From: Oculina patagonica | Taxonomy: Eukaryota | Length of the DNA: 64,000 nucleotides | Assembly (NCBI RefSeq): GCF_052425735.1 | Contig: NC_135759.1 | Span: forward strand, 31,310,001-31,374,000 | Reading direction: 5' to 3' | Shown: positions 13,848 through 25,300 of the stretch, in pieces | Position numbering within the stretch: position 1 is the stretch's first letter | Layout of the letters: each line of letters begins with the position of its first letter | Notes under the pieces: model-generated | Told to the model about the DNA's origin: nothing | The model's database searches: none | What the model saw: the letters and a program-made list of their open reading frames with translations, nothing else | Position numbers and translations under genes: made by a program

Positions 13848-14840
13848 GGATACTGTATTTCGAGGACTGGACTGGACTAGTAAAACGCGGACTAGTAAAA
13901 CGCGGACTTGTAAAACGCGGACTAGTATAACGCGGACTAGTAAAACGCGGACTTGTAAGACGCGGACTAGTAAAACGCGGACTCAGGTAAAACGCGGACT
14001 TGTAAAAGGCGGACTAGTAAAACGCGGACTAGTAAAACGCGGACTTGTAAAACGAGGACTAGTAAAACGCGGACTTGTAAAACGCGGACTTGTAAAACGA
14101 GGGCTTGTTAAGCACGGACTTGTAGAACGCGGACTTGTAAAACAAGCGCTTGTAAATCGGATAAAACTAAACGGTTTAGCGAGCGAAACAATTTGTGTTT
14201 GAAGCTCTTGTGTGTTTCTTCGACGGCATATTTCTAGCTTTTTTGAGCACTCTATGGTCTGTTTTAGCGTGGAGATGTTTTTGCAGTATAGCACATGTTC
14301 GTTCTGCAAACCCCTACTAAAACAACGGGATTGATGCTATGAGTTGTGTGCATATGTTTCTTTCTTTCCACTACTTGACGTCTGTTGAGTGCAGTCGTTT
14401 GTATTGCTCGCACGAGGTAGAACGGGGCCCGTCCAGAAATCAACAGTCAATCGTAAATAAAGGTGACGGGCCTACACGACTCCTACGTTCGTGACATTAG
14501 AATATTTGCCGTTAAATGTTTAAATTCGGTCTTTCGACCTTATTTGCTTCTGACTTCTTTCTGAGGGTACTGTTTTAATTTGGGGGCAGTATGTGGTAAA
14601 TAAAGGTGACGGGCCTACACGACTCCTACGTTCGTGACATTAGAACATTTGCCGTTATATGTTCAAATTCGGTCTTTCGACCTTATTTGCTTCTGACTTC
14701 TTTCTGAGGTTACTGTTTTTTTGAGACATTATGTATTGAAGAGAGCCGTAAGATGATTGTGGCCAAGGAATTCGAAGTGTCTAGAGGCGTTTTACAAGTC
14801 CGCGTTTTACTAGTCCGCGTTTTACTAGTCCAGTCCAGTC
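13848..14840. mobile_element. Non-autonomous DNA element with a 15-bp tandem array in its inverted ends
   Basis: (GGACTAGTAAAACGC)n array at about 13874-14155 mirrored at 14789-14840. Internal direct repeat of about 125 bp at about 14453 and 14596. Confidence 0.8.
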
Positions 14841-16343
14841 TACAAGTTAAAGACACATCAAGACCACCCCACTGTGAATTGCCATAGCACAGACAAAATT
14901 ATAGTCAATATCTTATGTGTTTTTAAGAGAATTACATAAGAACCAAGGCATGTCTTGTCTTGCCTTACATTGACATGCAATAATTTGGAAATACTAAGCT
15001 CGTAACAGTTTAAGACAGAATCCATCAGGAATTTGAGTAACATTAATTTTAGTTACGCAAAAATTGAGCACCAGAATAATTTAAATCCTTGTGTTCTTTC
15101 ATACCTTGTTAAAGGCTTGACATGTGATAACACCAACATAACACCAACAACAGTTCTTTATCAGTGGGGATTGAAGAAAAAAATGGAAACATCATCACAC
15201 AGTTGACCCCCATGCAAAAACACTCCAGGATGTCACGGGACTGTTTGGTGTCCGTCTGCCAATTTCTAACTTCAAATCACCTGCCAAACATCCCCAAAAA
15301 TCACTCAAAAAATTACAAAATACCGAAATACATAGATACATGGGATGAGTGAAGTTTCCTTGGATTCCTTGAAACACCAACAAGATATTTCCGTTTAAGG
15401 TGGCTGATAATGGGTTTCAGTATTTCCCAGTCCTTGTACTTTGGTTCAGGACTAAAAGCCTTCATCAATTGCTATTACAGTAATGGTATGAAACAAATGT
15501 TCAATCATTCATCAACAAGTTGTGATCATTTTCTTGACAATAGTAGTTCCCCGGTAAACAGTTGTAGTACTGTCCCATCAAAGTGCAATGCCTGGAAAAT
15601 ACCGAAAAGCACACGACCTTCAGGTGAAACCGCACCTTACAGTATTACCAATACACTGCACTTTGCTAAGTCTTAAAACTTTACATTGTCTAGTCGTCTA
15701 CTTCAATCGTTTATTTGTATTTTGTGAGATACATTTATAAATTGAAACCATCATGTCATTAAGTAATAATGCAATCTCGACAACGTTCTAGATATTATAT
15801 TATGCACACTAATACAGCTCATGCAAGCCCTGTGACTTACACAAACACAGTCGGACTTAGTGCTACTTAAGTAACTGCTTCGTGGTTTCTGCTGTACTGA
15901 ACCCTGCCTTTCAAGGCAAAGCGCCCGATTTTAAGCTTCTCAAGCTTCTCAATGTTCTTGTCTCTTCAGAAAAGCGCTTGAGATTATAAGACTGTGGGTT
16001 TGCCCATATGTTTGAGGCAATCAGTTGTTCAAAGCAAAGGCTTACATTATTATCGATCTTTGTATTAAACAAGTAAATCTGTTTATTGGCTTTTCAAATT
16101 TGGCCTTGTGTGGTATATATTGTTGCTGTTGTGAGTTTTGTTTTTAAGAATACTATTTTCTCACGTGTAATAAGAGAAGTAATGGTTCATTTGTTCAAAG
16201 GGTGGATAACGCTATCCTCTGGATAAATTAGTAAACGCATGTTGAAAAAACAACTTGCTCTATCCCTTGGATAGTCCTTCATGCTGCAGGGTGTAGCGTT
16301 CATCCATTGAGCAACCGGGACCTGGTTTGAAATATATACTAAC

Positions 16344-19300
16344 TTAAAACCTTCTTGCTATCAATTTTACCTCCTCATCTTCGATTTCAATAGCCTGATG
16401 TTCGTCAAACGGTGTCTGCGAAGAGCTTTTCCATTCCCAAGCGGCAAGAATCAGCTCTCGAACTTCAGGATTTAAAAGCACATAAAATAGGAAGAAACCA
16501 AAACCCTGTTGACAAAACGACAGCAACGAATGTTCATTGTTAGCATCGTCTATCCATTCTTTATGCAATGTCATTAATTAAATGATTTATCCCCTAAACT
16601 CCATGTACATGAATAATCGTCGATATGTTTTCGCGTAATATTTTATGTGAGGTTGACCCCATAGAACAAAATAAAGTACTTAAATAGAACAGAAAAAATC
16701 TCTCTCGTTAGTCTTTATAACCGCAGTCTACGTAGCAAAGTCGTTAAAGTGCTTAAAAGATGAATAGGAAAAGAACAGAGCATTACATTACCTGCAGTGC
16801 GTTAAATATTGTGAAAAAGGTATGGTAGACATCGCGATCGATGTTTAAGGACAGTGATCCCAGAAGCCAAGTTAGAATGACTGTGATTGTTATGCAAACA
16901 ACTGTTTGTAAACCAGACCTGTTGAAAAAGTTATGTCAGTAAGTATAAGGATACGTAAAAGTGAAGAAAGGTGTGGCTAAAATTGTTTTGTTTCTTGGAT
17001 GAAAAGGAAAAAAAATCTCCTAGAATCTACCGATATTTTCTGACATAAAATCATTTTGGTCGTGCTCTATTGAGACCAACCAACTGGTTTTCTTTTTCCC
17101 TTTTTGCGGAAGCCTCTCTCAAACGGGTATTACCACTGGTAACCAAAGCGTACTATGAGAGTTTGTATGGATGTACTAAGAAGGCTTGTATGGATTTGAA
17201 ATAAAGTTGAGAAAAATATCTCTTTTTACCGGTGAAAAGTTATAATGAAACTTTAAACCTTACCTGGTGTCACGTTTTTGTATTTCTAGTGCTTTAGAAA
17301 GTCATACGCGCGATTTTCGTCTAACCGTCTGTTGCGTACTAAAAGAAAGACAAGGTAGGAAAGCAAATTCGAAAGGCGAACGCAGGCCTCTTCAAAAAAC
17401 TCGCTAAAGAAGCTCAAAACCAGACGTAGCTTAATCTTTTTACTTCACGATCCAAGAGCGATAAATATTCCATCTTTCTGTGCAATTGAATTGTATTCAA
17501 GTCGAAGTTTGGAGCTAAAAACTTCATTTGAATTCACAACTTCGGCACAAATCGGTCGCCATTAGGCCGTGAAATCCAAATGCGAGCACCTAGCTAACGG
17601 TCGAGCCTAGGGCGAGTACAAAATCCACCCCATCCGCGGGAGACAGAGGAGACCTCTTGTAAGCACCATCTCATGCTCACTACAACCACTATAAGTTAAT
17701 TTTTGTAACGGCGGGTAAACCCAAACGTCAGCAACCCATTCAATCAACATTCAAATCTGTGCACCGTTCCCAACGTTACAAAAATTAACTTATAGTGGTT
17801 GTAGTGAGCATGAGACGGTGCTTACAAGAGGTCTCCTCTGTCTCCCCCGGATGGGGTGGATTTTGTACTCGCCCTAGGCTCGACCGTTAGCTAGGTGCTC
17901 GCATTTGGATTTCACGGCCTAATGGCGACCGATTTGTGCCGAAGTTGTGAATTCAAATGAAGTTTTTAGCTCCAAACTTCGACTTGAATACAATTCAATT
18001 ACACAGAAAGATGGAATATTTATCGCTCTTGGATCGTGAAGTAAAAAGATCAAGCTACGTCTGGTTTTGAGCTTCTTTAGCGAGTTTTTTGAAGAGGCCT
18101 GCGTTCGCCTTTCGAATTTGCTTTCCTACCTTGTCTTTCTTTTAGTACGCAACAGACGGTTAGACGAAAATCGCGCGTATGACTTTCTAAAGCACTAGAA
18201 ATACAAAAACGTGACACCAGGTAAGGTTTAAAGTTTCATTATAACTTTTCACCGGTAAAAAGAGATATTTTTCTCAACTTTATTTCAAATCCATACAAAC
18301 TCTTATAGTACATCCATACAAACTCTCATAGTACGCTTTGGTTACCTGTGGTATTACCTTGTCATAAAGCCAACTAAAAGTGGGCGTACAGCGGTTGTCA
18401 AAAATCAGACCGCGGGCGCACAAGGACAACATCTATGCCACTAACAGCCTGAAGAAGAATAGTCAAACTATTCAAACGTCGCTGTTTTAGATATATTTTA
18501 ACGTCGAAAAATCCACATTTGATTTCATTTAGCTAATGAGCTAAACAGAGAGTCAATATTTATTTTTGGAGAAATGGCCCAAAAATTTAAAACTTGTCTT
18601 TACGTCAACAATTTTGCCGACCAGCTCCTGACACGTCTTGTTAGGTCCATGTCAATGTGGCTCGACTGTATCACACATCCCACTGTAGTAGTATTTTTGG
18701 CTCATTCTCGATGTAAAAAACCTGTGAAACTCACCAGTGTCTTAAAACAAATAACGACCAAGAGAACAAAGAACCTTGAAACAATATAGAGTAGGAAAAC
18801 AACTGATCCAAAACCAAGAAAAAAAATTCACAAGTTTTTACATCGAGGTAAACCTGTAAAATGTCCATTAATATAACTTTTGATAGATACTTACTTGATG
18901 ACACTTTTCTTGTTCTCATTTTCCCCTGCGTCGCCGGACTTACGGTAAGAAATCAAAGCTTTCACCAGCAACACAATGAGTATTAATTGCACCTGAAAAG
19001 AGGAGCAACAATTTAATACACGAATTTCTGTCTGATATTTTTATATATACTGTGGTATTTTTGGAACACAACAAATATGTAGGATAGAACACTAAAGAGA
19101 TGCACACTCTTTTTGATAGGCATCACAAACTGTCTTTATTGATAAAAGTTCATTAAAGCAGACATTCTGTCAAATATATAAAGTAATTTGAAAGGGCCAA
19201 TAGTAATTCAGTCATATATGAAGTAGTTTTTAAACAATTCCTGCGTTCAATCCCGGACATAAGTTCAAGACATTGTTAATAGGAAGACGCCCCTTGTCCC

Positions 19301-22300
19301 CTTTTTGGCAACCCAAGTAATGAAAGAGAGCGTTTTCACCTAAAACAAAGAGAATTACGCAAAGAGAAACTAGGGAGGATACATCTGTAAAAAAACAAAC
19401 AAACAAACAAAATAAAATACATCAAAAACAAAATACATTAGGCTGTAAACAAGAACTATATCTTTGGGATCCGATGTTTTATTACTACCAGGACGCATTT
19501 GATAAAGTTGGTAAATGCAAATGGAAAACATATTACAAGGAGGTTTCTTAATAGGAACTAGTGTTAAGTATCTACTCACCATTCCTAACGTAATAATGGG
19601 TGTTGCCACGGACCAGCTTAAAGCGTCGGTGAATGAGATCCAGCAGCTGATGAAAGTAATCAGAAAGAAAAATTTTGCACCACCACCATAACACAACAAC
19701 AACTAAAATGGTAGAGTATTGTTGAAAATGATTTCTATCTTCCTTGAAAAAAATTGAGAGGGAATGCAATCGACAACGATATTCGTAACAAGTAAAAAAA
19801 AAAACGAGAATCATAAAAACTAAAAGTTAGAATTAATAAATCTGATAATAAACCACGCCCATAAACATACAATAACAATTACACTGTTTTATTGCAAAAA
19901 GCTCTGTCAATGGCCAATTCTCTCTTTATGACACGCCTGCAGCGAATAAAGGTAGTTGTACTCACCGTTGCTAAGACTCGCGAGAGCTTTGCTGAATGCA
20001 ACTACCATGACTCCCTGCAGGCGCGTCTTAAAGAGGGAACTGGACATTTGTACGTCTTCCAGTGGGCTTTTTATTCATATAAATATAGTATTGTAACGTG
20101 CTAAAATGAGAAAGGCTAACTTACTGTGGATGTTCTTTGTACGACTCATACTTGGAGACAAGAATAAGCACAGCAAAAAGGGGTAAACCTGTACAAAACA
20201 AGGCAACAAAATATTGTATGGTGCATGTAAACAATACTGAAGTACCATAATAGCGGAGCTGTACAGCGGCCCGCAGGGCCGCAGAGCAGAGCCCCATACG
20301 CATGAAAGAAGGAACACTGTCGAAATGAGTTTTCATTGTCAACATGGATAGCGGCATGGTTCGCGGGCGCGTCCGTACGGCGTACGGCGTACGGAGTCGC
20401 GCAACATGGCCGCCATAGTTTGATGGTAGAAATAGTGAAGCAAGAAGGCCGTATAAAGGCGGCCTGTAAAATTTAAAGAGGTTTGAAAAGAAAAACAAGA
20501 AGCAATGAAACAAAATGTGGCTGAAAATTACGTGTAGAAAGTAATCGACCGCCAAAAAAGTGGACATTGAGAGCCATAATCGATCGATGACTTTCGTGTC
20601 TATCTGTAAAGCCAGCATCGTACATGAAGGAGCATTCGAAATCTAAATCGGGTTGATATGATAAATTAACAAACCATTTTATTGCTACGGGGTAAAAAAA
20701 AAAGGAAAAAAGAAAAAAAAAACTTGACCCTCTGGGATTTGAACTCACGACCTCCGGATCCTCAGACTGGCACCTTACCGATTGAGCTAATCCGACAGAC
20801 TCTGTGACGCACGTTGAATATATCCTATATCAATGTAATAGATATTGTGGAGTCTACTAAACTGCTGCGAAACTATAACAGGATCGCGAAACTATTTTCT
20901 ATTGCTAGAAAGCAGATAATTTACTGTACTCTAAAGTAATTTTTCGTGCCATGAGTAATGATTTTGCCCCGCTTTAAGATTATTATTTTTGTCGTACTGC
21001 TGACATTCAGTATAACCGTGAGCTATTTAAATTTGTGTCGCACCTATAAACCGCCATAAACATTAGTACTTTGGCCGCTTATTCACTAGAATGAAAACAT
21101 TGTAAGCTCCAGTGAAAATTAAATAAATGGGGAGCTCCGCTTTTAGGCTTGCCTAAATCTATATAATATGATTATATAACTTCGTTAAACTTGACATAAA
21201 TGTATTTTTCACCAATTTTCATTGCTTTAAATCGTTAATAACTCCACTCACCCCATGCACCTCCGTAATACAGTTTCATTATCATTTTCCGCTTCACCTC
21301 GCTCTCACGCTTCCTGGTAAAGGAAAACAGGTAAAGAGCCTGGACAATGAGCCAACAGAGGGTGACGAGAGAGAGATAGTTCATGGTAATGGCCACAACA
21401 GCACAGGCAATCTGAAACAAACAAGGTTGGTAGAACAAGGTTTGATACTTAAGATAATAATATTATCAAAAATCCATTTTCCTATCAAATCACGAATTCT
21501 ACATCATCATATTGATAAAATCTACCTCATTAGTGTTCTTTATAAAAGGAATATCAATAACATGGTAGGATACTTGCAAACTAATTTTCTGCTTATTTTC
21601 TCCACTTACAAAAAAGCGTTGTTGTGAACTTTTTAGCAACGCGCTGCTTTGAGAATATTTACAATTTACCTTGACCATCTTAAGTAATGATAATTATCAA
21701 AATGGCTTACTTTTTGGCAAAAATATGGCAACATCCGCCAAGAGGATTTTGGGTCAAATTCCATATTCAAAAACAGTTTTCTATCGACTTGGTGTTCGTT
21801 ATGAAAATGATCTATAGCAAGGTTATACAAAGTATATAAACACCTACGGTATTATCTCTAGCATCTGCTCCGGCCAGGAATAAAAGCTGCGATGCTAACA
21901 CACAAAAGGCTTGACTCATTTGCATATCTCGTTCAAATCGTCTGTCCCTGTATAAAGAAAATGATTTAAAATTTGACCAATATATAAATATTCTGCTGTT
22001 GCTCATCACATTAAAGGTAAGTAATCAAGGTCCGGAAAGTACAACATTTTTACTTTCATTCTTCATTAAGTCTTCCTTGCATAGAGGGTCTCCAATTTGT
22101 GTTTCACTCTGCGGCTCATCTAGAGATATGTGCTCTATATCAAAGAAATCCTAGATTTACGTCTCCTAAAACCTTCCAGGAGTTTCACATTTTGTCGTTA
22201 ATAACTCTTGCGCCCACTCGATGCGCGACAACGGAATCTACTGAATTACAACCCGTCATTTCTGTTACTGTTGTTATCATTTTTTAAATTAAAGTATGCC

Positions 22301-25300
22301 AAATGCCTAACGGTTTGAAGAAGGCACGTTTATAAATGCATTTGATAAATTGCTCAATTTTTTTTAAACAGCGTTTTTTTTTCTTGCCAATAACTTAAAC
22401 ACAAAACAAAGAAACGAACGAAGAAACGTCCGTACAGATGATTTATTTACCTCATTTCCTGACGATTTTTGTCACTTTTCTCCTTTTCCTTGTCAGATGG
22501 CTTCTCCTCGGTGCGATTCTCGGTTTCACCTTCCAAGATTAAGAATGTGAAGCAAGGACACATGACTGCCATGACCTTACGCCTTGTGATTTTTGATTTC
22601 ATCCGGAGCAGGAAACTAACTTTTTCCTTCTCGTTATTTCTTACTTCAGTTTCGTTCTTTTCAATATCAACTTGTTCCAATTGGTTTTCAACCTTTGAAG
22701 TCTTCTCTACCTTCTTGTTAGATGAAGATGGCTGCCATTGAAAGCAACAGATTGTTTGTTTTTCTGATTCGCTATCGATGGCTTGCAACTCTTTTGCATG
22801 TTGCGGTAACTCCTCTAAGCCGTTTGAAACCCTTTCTTTTTGAATTTCTTTCGATGTCACAACAGATACTGAGACACTTGTACTCCTAACCTTTCGTTTG
22901 ACACCAGAATGGCTTCCTTCATTACCTGGTGCTTCTGACGTTACTGTCTGTTCTATTAATGTGTCTTCTCTATGTAAGTCATAAATCATCGAAGAAACCA
23001 AACTGCCGTGACGCGATAATTTTCTGTGCCGATCTTCACTTGATTTCGGCAACGTGGCAGTTTTCTTGCTGTGTACCATTTCCTTGTTTGCAATTTTTTG
23101 TCCCCGCTATGACGTTAGCCTTTTTCTCAGCAACAAAAATCGCACGAGTTTTTTCTTTCTTAAGAAGCTTGGTCTCTGCACCAGAGACATTTTTTGATGT
23201 TCCACAAGTTGATCCTTGCTCACAGTCCTCTAATAAAGGAGTGAGACTAGAACGATTTTTAGTGCCCTGATACTTTTCATCATCGTCTCCTTCAAACGCC
23301 TTGTTATCTGCCGAATTATTGTTTTTCGCCTCCTCTTTCTTCTTTTTCTTTTTAATCTTTGTTGAGCCTTTGATTTGAAATTCCTTTGCACATCTGCAAT
23401 GAAGAGCATGATTTATCATTAGTGACATTATTTAGCACGATGCACGCCCCACCTTTACTGAAGAATTTAAAAAGAAAACGATTTTTCTTCTAGGTTTAGG
23501 ATCACAGTTAAACCCCGGATTTAACTATTCTGGACACCCATAGACCCTTAACTCGTACAATCATTGAGCATGCTATCAATTTAAAAAAATGAAAATAATG
23601 GGAACATTTTCCAGATAAGTTACTTTAAAAGTTACCTTGTTCACATCCGTCCACGTACATCATCAAATGTTATTTTTAATGGAACACACTTTAAGACGAT
23701 AGTTTTAGCATTAACCAGTTACCGTTAGATATTTGCAGGTACAGAGAAAAATAAAGATCCATGCAAACAAGTGCATGCTTTGTTTGGAATTGAAGCTGTC
23801 CCTTACTTTCCAGAAAACACAATACTTACGACAGTGTAACCACAGCTGCTACTGTTGCTGTTGTACCGATGGTTGCTACAGCCGCTCCAGCGTAAACCTT
23901 CTTAGGAATCGGAAAGGTGGTATCGTTTCTCTCTGTGTTTTCCGTGTTGTTCTGAGTGGGAATCTGAAAGCAAAATTTAAATGATGCATTTACATTAAAA
24001 ATTCATTTAAGAGAACGTGGAGCAAAGCAGGTTGATTACTGTTGAAGTAAATGAAATGACAATTTATCAAGGTCTTTGGGAAAAACACGTCAACAACGTG
24101 TTCAGGAAACGAAAGCCCGAAAAGGAGTGTAGAATGGAGTGGGTCGTGGGCGAGCGGTTTTTTCTAGCTTCTCCTTTATGTGAGTACTCTAAAGAAGCAA
24201 TTCTGTTTTTTTTTTAAAGAAAATAGTTTAACATGTCACAGCAACTTTATGATGGAATACAAAAAAAAAAACAAACAAACCTGTTTTTCTACCGTGACAT
24301 TTGTTCTAATGAGATCCTTGAAGAGCGTCAAATTGAACGTGTTTGTCTTGTTAAATCCTTCGATTGAAACGTAGAACCACCTGCTGGTGCACGTTTTCAC
24401 ATAAATGATCAATCCTTCCTCACCGAATTCGTCGCTAGACACAATGAGAGGCTTGGTACAACCTCCATTAATAGTAGCATTACAAAAAGTACTACTTTCA
24501 AGTTCATCCAATTCCCAAATACGATCAGTGTCAGCAAGCTTGTTGCTTTCACGCGGTGCACAGGATCCAAGGTTAAGGCGACTATTTCGTGGGTTCCTGT
24601 TGCTCGTCGAAGCTGAGATATCAGTCATTCCACGGGTTGTTTGCAGAAATATAGTCTTTATCCCTGTCTTGTTTAGTAAGTCGTATTTATAATATTTTAT
24701 GGCATTTTGCTCCACACTGGACATCACCTCTCTTTCTTCCTCCAGCACAGCGGGTTCTTGAAAGTTATGGACGAAAAAGAGAAGATGTAGATGTAACATA
24801 ACAGAAATGCCTTTGACGTTAAGTAATAACCTTAAAGGTGCTCTCATACGAAGGGGCATGTTACAGGAACACGATGCAGCAACATGTAGCAGAGGCAAAA
24901 TCACAATGTGTGCAAAATCAAAAATTGTACACTGGCACAATAGAAAGGAAGCAGCGACATCTTACAGCGAAACGTACCCTGAAAAGAGTCAGCATTCACG
25001 CGCGAACACGCCGCAACATGTCCCGCTACAATTTATTTGTGATATGTGTACAGGTTACATGTTACTGCGATATGTACCCCCTTCGTATCTTAAAAAAAAT
25101 CATGTTTGCAGGAGGAAAAGCTGCTCGTGCACGTGCACGTGCACGTGCTTGACCAGTTAAGTTCAATAAAACGCAACGTTTACGGTACGGCACGGCACGG
25201 AATGGCACGGTATGACATGGCATTGACATGGGGTGGCATAGTTTCTCTGAAACGAGATGATATATGCCATGAACGATACTCACCATAACACGAGGCCTCC

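Noticed and set aside
13874-14155. 15-bp tandem array; possible CRISPR or repeat protein (ORFs 13663-14202 and 13983-14309)
   Set aside because: No unique spacers, eukaryotic context, and mirrored at 14789-14840 as a transposon end; the ORFs are by-products of the repeat.
19966-20100. Possible extra exon in gene B (GTGAG donor at about 19965)
   Set aside because: In-frame stops after the nearest acceptor, and the neighbouring exons already join in phase.
20725-20800. Possible genuine tRNA gene (likewise 50095-50180 and 28390-28465)
   Set aside because: Acceptor and anticodon stems are imperfect and each sits inside a repeat, so I treat them as tRNA-derived cassettes or SINEs.
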